The notes: a model not told the origin generated them from the sequence alone. Shown: positions 53,141 to 61,413, counted from the first letter of the stretch. The stretch: DNA of 64,000 nt from Verrucomicrobiaceae bacterium (GCA_027488755.1 JAIYAZ010000136.1:6146-70145), one strand, 5' to 3'. Numbers and translations: made by a program.

Positions 53141-53875
53141 CTAGAACAGCTCGTGCGCGAGCACGCTAAGCGAGTAGATCGCGGCGGTCTCGGTGCGCAG
53201 GATGATCGGGCCGAACGTGATGGGCTGGGCCCCGTGGGCGAGGATGAGGTCAATCTCGGCGGGCGAAAAGTCGCCCTCGGGTCCGATGAACACCGTGGCC
53301 TCGCGTGGGCGTTCCGGGCGGTCGGCGAGCACGTCGTGAATATGGCGGGCGCCCGGTTGAAGCGAACCGATGACGGCGATGCCGGCGTCGAGCGGGGCGG
53401 AATCGAGGAACGCGCGGAGCGGGACGGGCGCGGCCACGCGGGGCAGCCAGTTTTGCCCGCATTGCTTGCAGGCCTCGAGCGCGATGGTCTGCCATTTTGC
53501 CTGCTTGGCGGCGGCCTCGCGGGCGTCGAGCTGGACGACGGTGCGCTCGGTGAGCAGCGGGAGGATCTCGGCGGCGCCGAGTTCCACGGCCTTCTCCAGG
53601 ATGAGGTCCATGTTTTTGCCCTTCGGCACGGCCTGGGCGAGGCGGAGCCGGCAGGGGAGCGGCTCGGCGGCTTGGCGGGAGAGCACGCGCAGGGTTGCCT
53701 CGCGCTTCGTCGCGCTCACGATCTCGGCCTCGGCGGCGTGGCCGGCCCCGTCGAAAAGCGTGATGCGGTCGCCCGGGCCGCGGCGCAGGACGTTGAGGCA
53801 ATGGTGCGCTTCGTCGCCGGTGAGCACGGGCGCGTCGCCGCGCAGGGCGTCGGCGGGCAGGAAGAAGCGGGGCAT
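53141..53875 (-). CDS. rsmE: 16S rRNA (uracil1498-N3)-methyltransferase
   Basis: 244 aa from the ATG at 53875. MPRFFLP...GDEAHHCLNVLR...; C-terminal IGPEGDFSPAE...LRTETA. Confidence 0.85.
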   Translation of the reverse strand: MPRFFLPADALRGDAPVLTGDEAHHCLNVLRRGPGDRITLFDGAGHAAEAEIVSATKREATLRVLSRQAAEPLPCRLRLAQAVPKGKNMDLILEKAVELGAAEILPLLTERTVVQLDAREAAAKQAKWQTIALEACKQCGQNWLPRVAAPVPLRAFLDSAPLDAGIAVIGSLQPGARHIHDVLADRPERPREATVFIGPEGDFSPAEIDLILAHGAQPITFGPIILRTETAAIYSLSVLAHELF

Positions 53876-53975
53876 GCGGCATGATGCGGATTTGCCCGGG
53901 CGGAGGGAAAGGCCTTTTGGCGGCGGCTTTCGGGATTGACGCCGCGCGGGCGGCGCGCGTTGACTCAGGGCTGTC

Positions 53976-54401
53976 ATGACCTCCAAGGGCCTCCTCCTCG
54001 CCGTCGGTTTCGCCTCCCTCCTGCTCGGCTGCGCCAGCAAGCCGAAGAACACCACCTTTGCCGAGCGCTTCCAGAAGGCGGACGTCAATGCCGACGGCAA
54101 GGTGACGCAAAAGGAATACGGCTACTCGATGATCGAGGAGGCCTTCCTGCGCTACGACCAGAACAAGGACGGCTCGGTGACGCTGGAGGAATTTGTGGCC
54201 TACGGCGGCAGCCCGGCGTCGTTCAAGCAGATCGACAAGGACGCCAGCGGCAGCATCACGCTCGAGGAGGCGAAGTCCGCCAAGATCGCGCTCGATACGA
54301 TGACGGTGAATTTCTACGCCGCGGACGTGGACAAGGACGGTTACGTGACCTTCGAGGAGGCCCTCGAATACCGTCAGAAGGTCCGCGACGCGGTCCGCTG
54401 A
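53976..54401 (+). CDS. four-EF-hand calcium-binding lipoprotein
   Basis: 141 aa. Lipobox LLLGCAS. Four canonical 12-residue loops: [48 protein letters not shown]. Confidence 0.8.
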   Translation: MTSKGLLLAVGFASLLLGCASKPKNTTFAERFQKADVNADGKVTQKEYGYSMIEEAFLRYDQNKDGSVTLEEFVAYGGSPASFKQIDKDASGSITLEEAKSAKIALDTMTVNFYAADVDKDGYVTFEEALEYRQKVRDAVR

Positions 54402-54556
54402 TCGGTCTCCCGGGCCTGGGCGGATCCGCGCCGCATCCGGCAACGGTCGGAGCAGTAGCGGACATTCGCCCAGTCGCGCTCCCATTTTTTGCGCCAGGCG
54501 AACGGACGTCCGCAGACGGCGCAGATTCTTTCGGGGAGGTCGCGTTTGGATCTCAC
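54374..54556 (-). CDS. DUF2256-type zinc-ribbon miniprotein
   Basis: 60 aa, with a GTG start overlapping the upstream TGA (GTGA). [28 protein letters not shown]. The 3' end overlaps the convergent EF-hand gene by 28 bp. Confidence 0.7.
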   Translation of the reverse strand: MRSKRDLPERICAVCGRPFAWRKKWERDWANVRYCSDRCRMRRGSAQARETDQRTASRTF

Positions 54557-55632
54557 GCGACGAGTTCCGCCGCGAGGGCGGGGAGTTGTTCCTTGAAGCG
54601 GAAGAAGCCGTGCGTGGCGTGGGGCCAGAGCCGGGCGTCCCACGCGCGGGCTTCGAAGTGCACGGGCGTTTGCGGCGGATCGGCCATGAACGCGTCGCGT
54701 CGCGGGCCCACGGGCAGCCAGGGGAGAACGAGGAGGTCGTAACCGTTCGCGGCAGCCCATTTGTCGAGGGCGGGGCCGGAGAAGGCGACCACCGGGAGGC
54801 CGGTGGAGGCGACCGCCCCGGCGCGGAAGGCGTGGACGGCGGGGGAGAACCCGAGGTCGGGCTCGGCCAGAATCGCGTGGGCGGCGGGCCAGGTGACGTC
54901 CTCGGGGTGGGCGATGCGGCCGATGCGGGCTCCGGCGGGCGGGGACGGGAAGGTGAGCGGGGTTCGGGGGTGGGCGCGGGAATCGCGGAGGGGTTCGGCG
55001 GTTTCGTCGAGGCCGGGCGTGGCGGCGAAGGCGGAGAAGCGGGCGATGTTTTCGGAGCGGGCGAGGTAGTGTTTTCCGACCGTGTGGAGGCCGGCGACCC
55101 AGCGCCAGGAGAGGGTGTTGCTGGCGGCGTCGCCGTCGAGGAGGTGCTCGAGAAAGAAGGCCGCGCCGAGCGGCCACGGGAGGCGGAGGGTAAAGATCCA
55201 GATGCTGGCGAACCACATGCGGGCGTGGTTGTGGAGCCAGCCGGTGGCGGTGAGTTCGCGGGCCCACGCGTCGAAGGCCGCGATGCCGGTGCGGCCCTCG
55301 CGGGCGGCCTGGACGGAGGGGGAGGCGGAGTCGGCTGCGAGCGCGGCGAGGTCGGCGCGGAGGTCGGACCAGACGCCGGGGCGCATTTCGAGCCAGCCTT
55401 TCCAGTAGGTGCGCCAGGCGATTTCCTGGACGAATTTTTCGACGCGGGCGAAGGGGTGGCGGGCGAGCACGGCGCGGGCGATTTCCTCCTCGGTGAGCAG
55501 CCGCGTGGTGACGTAGGGCGAGAGGCGGGAGGTGCCGGCGAGGGTGGTGTCGTTGCGGTCGGCGGCGTAGCGGGCGACGCGGGGAAGAAAGGCGTCGAGC
55601 TCGGCGAGGGCGGCGGCGCGGGTCGGGGTCAC
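54553..55632 (-). CDS. photolyase/cryptochrome FAD-binding-domain protein lacking the canonical N-terminal domain (possibly permuted)
   Basis: 359 aa. [66 protein letters not shown], all within the first ~200 residues. Confidence 0.8.
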   Translation of the reverse strand: MTPTRAAALAELDAFLPRVARYAADRNDTTLAGTSRLSPYVTTRLLTEEEIARAVLARHPFARVEKFVQEIAWRTYWKGWLEMRPGVWSDLRADLAALAADSASPSVQAAREGRTGIAAFDAWARELTATGWLHNHARMWFASIWIFTLRLPWPLGAAFFLEHLLDGDAASNTLSWRWVAGLHTVGKHYLARSENIARFSAFAATPGLDETAEPLRDSRAHPRTPLTFPSPPAGARIGRIAHPEDVTWPAAHAILAEPDLGFSPAVHAFRAGAVASTGLPVVAFSGPALDKWAAANGYDLLVLPWLPVGPRRDAFMADPPQTPVHFEARAWDARLWPHATHGFFRFKEQLPALAAELVA

Positions 55633-55671
55633 GCGGACGTTACGACGCGGGCGGGGCGGAGGTGCCTTTGA

Positions 55672-56946
55672 TCAGGCCGGGGCGAGTTCGTAGGCGGCGA
55701 AGCGGGCTTTGGCTTCGGGGGGGACGTGGGCGGTGACGATGGCGGTGTCGCCTTCGTAGCGGACGCTGAGGACGTGGCCGATGCGGTGGAGCTCGGCGAG
55801 GGTGGCGCTTTCGGAGTTCGGGATGTGGAACTCGACGCGCATGCGCCAGGCGGTGAGGCGGAATTCGAGTTCTTCGATGAGGGTTTCGATGCCTTCGCCG
55901 GTGCGGGCGGAGACGGCGACGCTGCCGGGGTGGTGCTGGAGGGTTTGCCAGACGACGGCGGGGTCGGCGACGGCGTCGATTTTGTTGAAGACGAGGAGGG
56001 TTTGTTTCCCGGCGGCGTTGAGCTCCTTGATGGTGGCGTTGACGGCCTCCATCTGTTCGTGGAAGCGGGGGTGGCTGAGGTCGACGACGTGGATGAGGAG
56101 GTCGGCGAGGGCGACTTCCTCGAGGGTGGCCTTGAAGGACTCGATGACGGTGTGGGGCAGCTTGCGGATGAAGCCGACGGTGTCGGTGAGGAGGAGCTTC
56201 AGCTTGTTCGGCAGGACGAGCTGGCGGGTGGTGGGGTCGAGGGTGGCGAAGAGTTTGTTTTCGGCGAGGACGCCGGCGCCGGTGAGGCGGTTGAGGAGGG
56301 AGGATTTGCCGGCGTTGGTGTAGCCGACGAGGGAGGCGAGCGGCCAGTTGTGGCGGAGGCGGCCTTCGCGCTGGACGGTGCGGTTGCGGCGGACGTCCTT
56401 GAGGTCGCGTTCGAGGCGGGAGATGCGTTCCTGGACGCGGCGGCGGTCGACTTCGAGCTGGGTTTCGCCGGGGCCGCGGGTGCCGATGCCGCCGGATTGC
56501 CGCGAGAGGTGGGTCCACATGCGGGTGAGGCGGGGGAGGAGGTATTGGAGCTGGGCGAGCTCGATCTGGAGGCGGCCTTCGCGGGTGCGGGCGCGTTGGG
56601 CGAAGATGTCGAGGATGAGCTGGGTGCGGTCGAGGACCTTGCGGGAGGTGAGTTCCTCGAGGTTGCGGCCCTGGGCGGGGGAGAGCTCGTCGTCGAAGAT
56701 GATGGAGCTGGCCTGCTTTTCGCCGCATTGGCGGCGGACTTCCTCGGCCTTGCCTTTGCCGATGTAGAAGGGGGCGGTGGGGCGTTCGAGCTTTTGGACG
56801 ACGGTGTCGACGACGTGGGCTCCGGCGGTGGCGGCGAGTTGTTCGAGTTCGGCGAGCGAGTCTTCGAGGTCCCAGCGGCTGACTCCGGGCTGCTCAAGGC
56901 CGACGAGGATGGCCTTTTCGATCACGCGCGGCCGGGGGTCGATCAT
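55672..56946 (-). CDS. hflX: GTPase HflX
   Basis: 424 aa from the ATG at 56946 (ATGA overlap with the miaA stop). LVGYTNAGKSSLLN, DTVGFI, NKID; HflX N-domain FDDELSPAQGRNLE. Confidence 0.9.
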   Translation of the reverse strand: MIDPRPRVIEKAILVGLEQPGVSRWDLEDSLAELEQLAATAGAHVVDTVVQKLERPTAPFYIGKGKAEEVRRQCGEKQASSIIFDDELSPAQGRNLEELTSRKVLDRTQLILDIFAQRARTREGRLQIELAQLQYLLPRLTRMWTHLSRQSGGIGTRGPGETQLEVDRRRVQERISRLERDLKDVRRNRTVQREGRLRHNWPLASLVGYTNAGKSSLLNRLTGAGVLAENKLFATLDPTTRQLVLPNKLKLLLTDTVGFIRKLPHTVIESFKATLEEVALADLLIHVVDLSHPRFHEQMEAVNATIKELNAAGKQTLLVFNKIDAVADPAVVWQTLQHHPGSVAVSARTGEGIETLIEELEFRLTAWRMRVEFHIPNSESATLAELHRIGHVLSVRYEGDTAIVTAHVPPEAKARFAAYELAPA

Positions 56947-57872
56947 GAGGGGACGAGCGCGCGCAGGGCGCTTTCCGCGGCCATTGAGGGATGGGGCGAG
57001 TCGGTCAAATCCAACGACGGCAACGTGGTTTGACGGCGGAACCATGTCAACTGCCTTTTCGCGTATTGGCGGGTGGCGGTGAGGATGGCGTCGCGGGCTT
57101 CGTCGCGGGTGAGTTCGCCACGGAGGTGGGCGGAGATTTCGCGGAAGCCGATGGCCTGGGCGGCGGTGAGGCCGGCGTGGGGGAGGAGGGCGCGAACTTC
57201 GTCGATGACGCCGGCGGCGAACATGGCGTCGACGTTGGCGGCGATGCGGCGGCGGAGGTCTTCGCGGTCGCGGACGAGGAGGACGCCGGGCGGCCAGGGG
57301 GCGCGGGGGGTGGCTCGGAACGCGGCGAGGGGCTGGCCGGTGGATTCGACGATCTCGATGGCGCGGAGGACGCGGCGGGGGTTTTGCCGGTCGACAAGGG
57401 CGGGGGCGGCGGGGTCGGCGCGTTCGAGCCGGTCGAGGAGTGCGGGGAGGGGCAGGCTTTCGAGGGCGGCGCGGAGGGTGGGGTCGGGCGGGGGCGTGGG
57501 GGCGAAGCCTTCGAAGAGGGCGCGGAGGTAGAGGCCGGTGCCGCCGACGACGAGGGCGGTTTTTCCGCGGGCGGCGATGGCCGCGAGGGCGGCGCGGGCG
57601 GCGGCGGCGTAGCGGGGGGCGTCGAAGGATTCGGCGGGCGGGATTTCGCCGATGAGGTGGTGGGGGACGCGGGCGAGGTCGGCGGCGGCGGGCTGGGCGG
57701 TGAGGAGCGGGAGGCCGGCGTAGATTTGAAAGGCGTCGGCGCCGATGATCTCGGCGTCGAGGCGCTCGGCCAGCGCGAGGGCGAGGGCGGTTTTGCCGAC
57801 GCCGGTGGGGCCGACGAGGCAGTGGATTTTGGATTTTGGGTTTTGGATTGCCGTTGGCATGGGGAGGGTCAT
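56943..57872 (-). CDS. miaA: tRNA dimethylallyltransferase
   Basis: 309 aa. P-loop LVGPTGVGKTALAL, VPHHLIG, VVGGTGLYLRAL, QYAKRQLTWFR. Confidence 0.9.
   Translation of the reverse strand: MTLPMPTAIQNPKSKIHCLVGPTGVGKTALALALAERLDAEIIGADAFQIYAGLPLLTAQPAAADLARVPHHLIGEIPPAESFDAPRYAAAARAALAAIAARGKTALVVGGTGLYLRALFEGFAPTPPPDPTLRAALESLPLPALLDRLERADPAAPALVDRQNPRRVLRAIEIVESTGQPLAAFRATPRAPWPPGVLLVRDREDLRRRIAANVDAMFAAGVIDEVRALLPHAGLTAAQAIGFREISAHLRGELTRDEARDAILTATRQYAKRQLTWFRRQTTLPSLDLTDSPHPSMAAESALRALVPS
57824..57850. repeat. heptamer tandem repeat (GGATTTT GGATTTT GGGTTTT GGATTG) inside the 5' end of miaA
   Basis: Read directly. AT-rich microsatellite-like tract in an otherwise GC-rich gene. It encodes ...IQNPKSKIH... 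just before the P-loop. Confidence 0.8.
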
Positions 57873-57935
57873 TCAGAACGGCTGTCTCGCTTCGCTCGGC
57901 TTCGGATTTTGTGGCGGTGGCGCCCGACTCCGTAA

Positions 57936-57975
57936 AGCAAAAGGGCCGGCCCTTTGCGGGGGCCGGCCCTTTTCT
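57936..57975 (-). terminator. rho-independent (potentially bidirectional) terminator after the RRM gene
   Basis: Two copies of the self-complementary GGGCCGGCCC (57943-57952, 57960-57969) form a 10-bp stem, flanked by an A-run and a T-run. Confidence 0.8.
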
Positions 57976-57992
57976 GAAACGAATCGGGTGGA

Positions 57993-58634
57993 TTACTGCT
58001 CGGGCTGCTGCTCGCGCTCGTCGCGGTCATCGCGGCGGTCGGAGGCCTTGGCGCCGCTGACGACGAGCTTGCGGCCCATGTATTCCTTGTCATGGAGTTC
58101 GCTGACGGCGCGCTTGGCTTCGTCGATGGTCTGCATCTGGACGAATCCGAAGCCCTTGGAGCGCTGGGTGGCGCGGTTGCTGACGATCTCGACGTTTTGG
58201 ACGATACCGACGCCGGCGAAGAGCTCCTGGAGGTCACTTTCGGTCGCGTCGAAGGAGAGGTTGCCCACGTAGAGACGGGGGGTGGTCACCTCGACGGACT
58301 CGGGCTTGCGCATGCCGGAGCGGGGCTCGCGGGGAGCGCGCTCGGAACGTTCGGAACGCTCGGAGCGGGCGGCGGGAGCCGATTCGCTGCGCGGGGCGCG
58401 GGCGGGTTCGGCGGCGGGTTTGCTGCCGCCGGTGAAGAAGGCGACGATCTTCTGCCAGAGCGTGAGCTTTTTGGGCGCGCGGCTACGGGTGTCGGAGCGA
58501 CGGGGGCGGGAGGAACCCTGGCTGGAGCTGGTCGAGCTGGAGGATTCGTTGGAGTTGCGGTTGCTGCCGCCGCGGCGGCGACGTCCTCCGCGCGAGGAGC
58601 GGCGGGGATTTTCGGTGGTGTAATTGGTGGACAT
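57993..58634 (-). CDS. RRM-domain RNA-binding protein with ~125-aa Arg/Ser-rich N-terminal extension
   Basis: 213 aa from the ATG at 58634. RNP2 LYVGNL, RNP1 KGFGFVQM. The N-terminal RRSSRGGRRRRGG...RSERSERSER keeps G/C third positions. Confidence 0.85.
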   Translation of the reverse strand: MSTNYTTENPRRSSRGGRRRRGGSNRNSNESSSSTSSSQGSSRPRRSDTRSRAPKKLTLWQKIVAFFTGGSKPAAEPARAPRSESAPAARSERSERSERAPREPRSGMRKPESVEVTTPRLYVGNLSFDATESDLQELFAGVGIVQNVEIVSNRATQRSKGFGFVQMQTIDEAKRAVSELHDKEYMGRKLVVSGAKASDRRDDRDEREQQPEQ

Positions 58635-59015
58635 GTTTGGGTGGCAAGGTTGCGGCGGCGGGGGCGCCGCGCCGGACTTCGGCGCGTGAAGAACGAAAAA
58701 CGCCCTCCCCGTTTCGCAACGGATGGATGTGGTCGAGGGGCTCGCGATCGCGGTCGGGGTTGACAGGTCCCGGCGCAGGGGCGAGCAGGTTTTCGAGCAG
58801 GCGGAACAACGGACGCAAGAACAGCCGGATCCAAAGCGATCCGGGTGAGAGAGTTGCGAGATAGCAGGCCGCGAGTTGCACGAAAGACACCCCTGACGGA
58901 GAGGACTATCGGTCCCGGCCCGGAAAAGATCAAGCCCGATTGCGGGGGGCAAAAATTGCGGGGGCGGCGGGCGATTTTGCGCAACTTTCGGGCGGGGGCG
59001 GCGTTTAACGTTTGT

Positions 59016-60065
59016 ATGCTTCCACGTCGGCTTCAGGTTTTGTTTGGTTTGGCGGGGGTGTTGCTGGTGGCCGTGATCTGGCACTGGATCTCCGGTTGGG
59101 GGTTGGTGACGATTCATGCGGAGGCGGTGCCGCTGGCGAAAATCGTGCGTTCGATCGAGCGGCAGGGCGGCGTGAAGATCGCCACGAATGCCCCGGGCGA
59201 CGCGCCGGTGAGCATGGACGTGGACCGGGTGACGCCGGCCCAGGCGCTGGACACGCTGGCGGCGTATCTGGATGCCAATTGGAGCGTGACGTATGTGGCG
59301 GGGCCGTCGGCGTCCGACGTGACGACGGGGGTGGCGGTGTTGACCGAGGGGGAGCGGAACCCGGATTACCGGCGGTTTAGCGTCGGGGGCTGGGGCATGG
59401 ATTTTGGGGATTCGGTGATTGATGCGCGGCGCGTGGTGTGGGCGGTGTCGCCCTCCGAAAAGGGGACGCTGCAGGATTACGTGGACCAGCTCACGCAGAA
59501 GACCGGCGTGGCGGCGTTGCTGCCGACGGCGTGGGATCCCGGAGTGACGCGGCCGCCGAAGGGGGGGCCGGCGGGAGAGGCGATGAAGGATTTGATCGAG
59601 GCGGCCAAGGGCAGGTGGTCGGAGGTTTTTGTGCTGCGGGTGCGGACCGATGAGGGGGGTGACCGTTCGGCCCAGGGGGGCGCGCCCGGGGGACGCCCGG
59701 CGGGTTCGGACGGGGGATTCGACGGGGGAGGCCCGCCGGGAGGCGGCTGGGGCGGAGAGAGTCGGGCGGACTGGACGGCGGAGCGGGCGCTGGCCCGGAT
59801 CGAGCAGTTGCCGGCGGCGGAGCGGGAGACGGCGCGGCGGGATTACCAGGAGATGCAGGGGTTCTTCGACCGGGTGCGCGCCCTGCCCGAGGCGGAGCGG
59901 CGGCAGGAGATGGAAAAATTTTTCAACGACCCGAAGGTGCAGGAGCGGATGCTCGACCGGATGCTGAGCCGGGACGCGAAGCGCAGCCCGGAGAAGCGGG
60001 CGGAGCGGTTTCGCCGCTACGTGGAGCGCAAGGCGGCGATGAAGGCCGCGGGGGGGAACCCGTGA
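59016..60065 (+). CDS. hypothetical membrane-anchored protein with STN/N0-like module, Gly-rich linker and charged helical C-terminus
   Basis: 349 aa from the ATG at 59016. TM VLFGLAGVLLVAVIWHWI. Module AVPLAKIVRSIERQGGVKIATNAPGDAPVSMDVDRVTPAQALDTLAAYL. Stop overlaps the next start (GTGA). Confidence 0.6.
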   Translation: MLPRRLQVLFGLAGVLLVAVIWHWISGWGLVTIHAEAVPLAKIVRSIERQGGVKIATNAPGDAPVSMDVDRVTPAQALDTLAAYLDANWSVTYVAGPSASDVTTGVAVLTEGERNPDYRRFSVGGWGMDFGDSVIDARRVVWAVSPSEKGTLQDYVDQLTQKTGVAALLPTAWDPGVTRPPKGGPAGEAMKDLIEAAKGRWSEVFVLRVRTDEGGDRSAQGGAPGGRPAGSDGGFDGGGPPGGGWGGESRADWTAERALARIEQLPAAERETARRDYQEMQGFFDRVRALPEAERRQEMEKFFNDPKVQERMLDRMLSRDAKRSPEKRAERFRRYVERKAAMKAAGGNP

Positions 60066-60595
60066 ACCGGCGCGCGGCGGGCTTCACGCTGATCGAGCTG
60101 CTGGTGACGGTGGTGATCATTGGACTGCTCGCGTCGTTGCTGGTGCCGAATCTGGGCCGGATTCGGGAGAAGGCCGAGGGGGTGAAGTGCGCGGCGAATC
60201 TGCGAGGCATCGCGACGGCCGTGCAGGGTTACGCGCAGGACAATGACAACCGGTATCCGACGATCGAGTCGATGCCTTCGAATCCGGTTTATCCCGCGGA
60301 CCAAAATGCCGGCACGATGCTGGCCGTGCTCGGGCCGTATGGCATCACCGAGGCGGCGCTCAAATGCCCGGCCGACATGCGTCTGCGGCAACCGTATTTC
60401 CGGCGCGAGGGGACGAGTTACATGTGGCGTCCGATGGTGGACGACGAGCTGGTGAGCAATCCGAAGATTTACCATCCGCGCCGGGGGGAGATCACGCCGC
60501 CGCCGAGCCGGCTGCCGCTGGCGTCGGATTTCACGACGGTGCACGCCGGGAGGATCAGCGTGGTTTTTGCCGACGGGCGGGTGCGGATGTTTTAG
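60062..60595 (+). CDS. prepilin-type N-terminal cleavage/methylation domain protein (H-X9-DG pseudopilin-like)
   Basis: 177 aa. GFTLIELLVTVVIIGLLASLL; C-terminal HAGRISVVFADGRV. Confidence 0.8.
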   Translation: MNRRAAGFTLIELLVTVVIIGLLASLLVPNLGRIREKAEGVKCAANLRGIATAVQGYAQDNDNRYPTIESMPSNPVYPADQNAGTMLAVLGPYGITEAALKCPADMRLRQPYFRREGTSYMWRPMVDDELVSNPKIYHPRRGEITPPPSRLPLASDFTTVHAGRISVVFADGRVRMF

Positions 60596-61413
60596 GCCGC
60601 GGCGGTCGTGGCGCGGGCGCGGTTGAGCGGGGGTTCGAGCAGCTCGAGGGCGGGCTCGACCTCGGGTTCGGCCGGCGGGGCGCCGTCGAGCGGGAAGTGC
60701 AGGAGTTCCATGCGGCCGTCGTGGTGTTCGACGATGGCGGTGCCGCTTTCGACCCAGTCGCCGGTGTTGTAATAGGTGACGCCGTCGACCTCGCGGTGGG
60801 CGGGCGTGTGGATGTGGCCGCAGAGGACGGCGTCGACCTGGTATTCGCGGGCGTAGCGGACGACGGAATGCTCAAACTGGCCGATGAAGCTGACGACGTT
60901 TTTCACCTCGGCCTTCACGTAGGCGCTGAGCGACCAGTAACCGAGGCCCATGCGGCGGCGGAAAAAATTCACGACCCCGTTGCAACGCATGAGCAGGGTG
61001 TAGCCGATGTCGCCGACGTGGGCGAGCCAGCCGAGGTTCTGGACGACGGTGTCGAGTTCGTGGCCGTGGATGACGAGCACCCGGCGGCCGTCGGCGGTGG
61101 TATGGATGGCGTTTTGCTGGAGGGTGACGCTGGCGAAGTTCCCGTAGAAGCTGCCGAGGAATTCGTCGTGGTTGCCGATGATGTAGATGATTTCCGTGCC
61201 CTTGCGGCCTTTGCGCAGGAGTTTCTGGATGACGTCGTTGTGCTCCTGCGGCCAGTAGATGCCGCGGCGGAGCGCCCAGATGTCGATGAGGTCGCCGACG
61301 AGGTAGAGCGTTTCGAATTCGTAGTTTTTGAGGAACTCAAGCAATGCCGCCGCCTTGCAGCCGCGGGTGCCAAGATGCACGTCAGAGATCCAGCCTGTGC
61401 GGTAGTGTGCCAT
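60592..61413 (-). CDS. LpxH/COG2908-family metallophosphoesterase (UDP-2,3-diacylglucosamine diphosphatase-like)
   Basis: 273 aa. ISDVHLG, LVGDLIDIW, IGNHDEF, IHGHE, CGHIHTP. Confidence 0.8.
   Translation of the reverse strand: MAHYRTGWISDVHLGTRGCKAAALLEFLKNYEFETLYLVGDLIDIWALRRGIYWPQEHNDVIQKLLRKGRKGTEIIYIIGNHDEFLGSFYGNFASVTLQQNAIHTTADGRRVLVIHGHELDTVVQNLGWLAHVGDIGYTLLMRCNGVVNFFRRRMGLGYWSLSAYVKAEVKNVVSFIGQFEHSVVRYAREYQVDAVLCGHIHTPAHREVDGVTYYNTGDWVESGTAIVEHHDGRMELLHFPLDGAPPAEPEVEPALELLEPPLNRARATTAAA

Noticed and set aside
57943-57969. Two copies of the self-complementary decamer GGGCCGGCCC, considered as a repeat element or restriction-site cluster
   Set aside because: They simply form the 10-bp stem of the terminator after the RRM gene, flanked by A- and T-runs.
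58755-58800. GACAGGTCCCGGCGCAGGGGCGAGCAGG, superficially like the SRP (4.5S) RNA domain IV core CAGGUCCGGAAGGAAGCAGCC
   Set aside because: The GGAA tetraloop and the AGCAGCC/AAGG symmetric-loop residues are not reproduced, and no complementary 5'/3' closing helix of suitable length was found. I also checked the 381-bp spacer for RNase P (GGAAAGTCC), tmRNA and tRNA T-loop signatures and found none.
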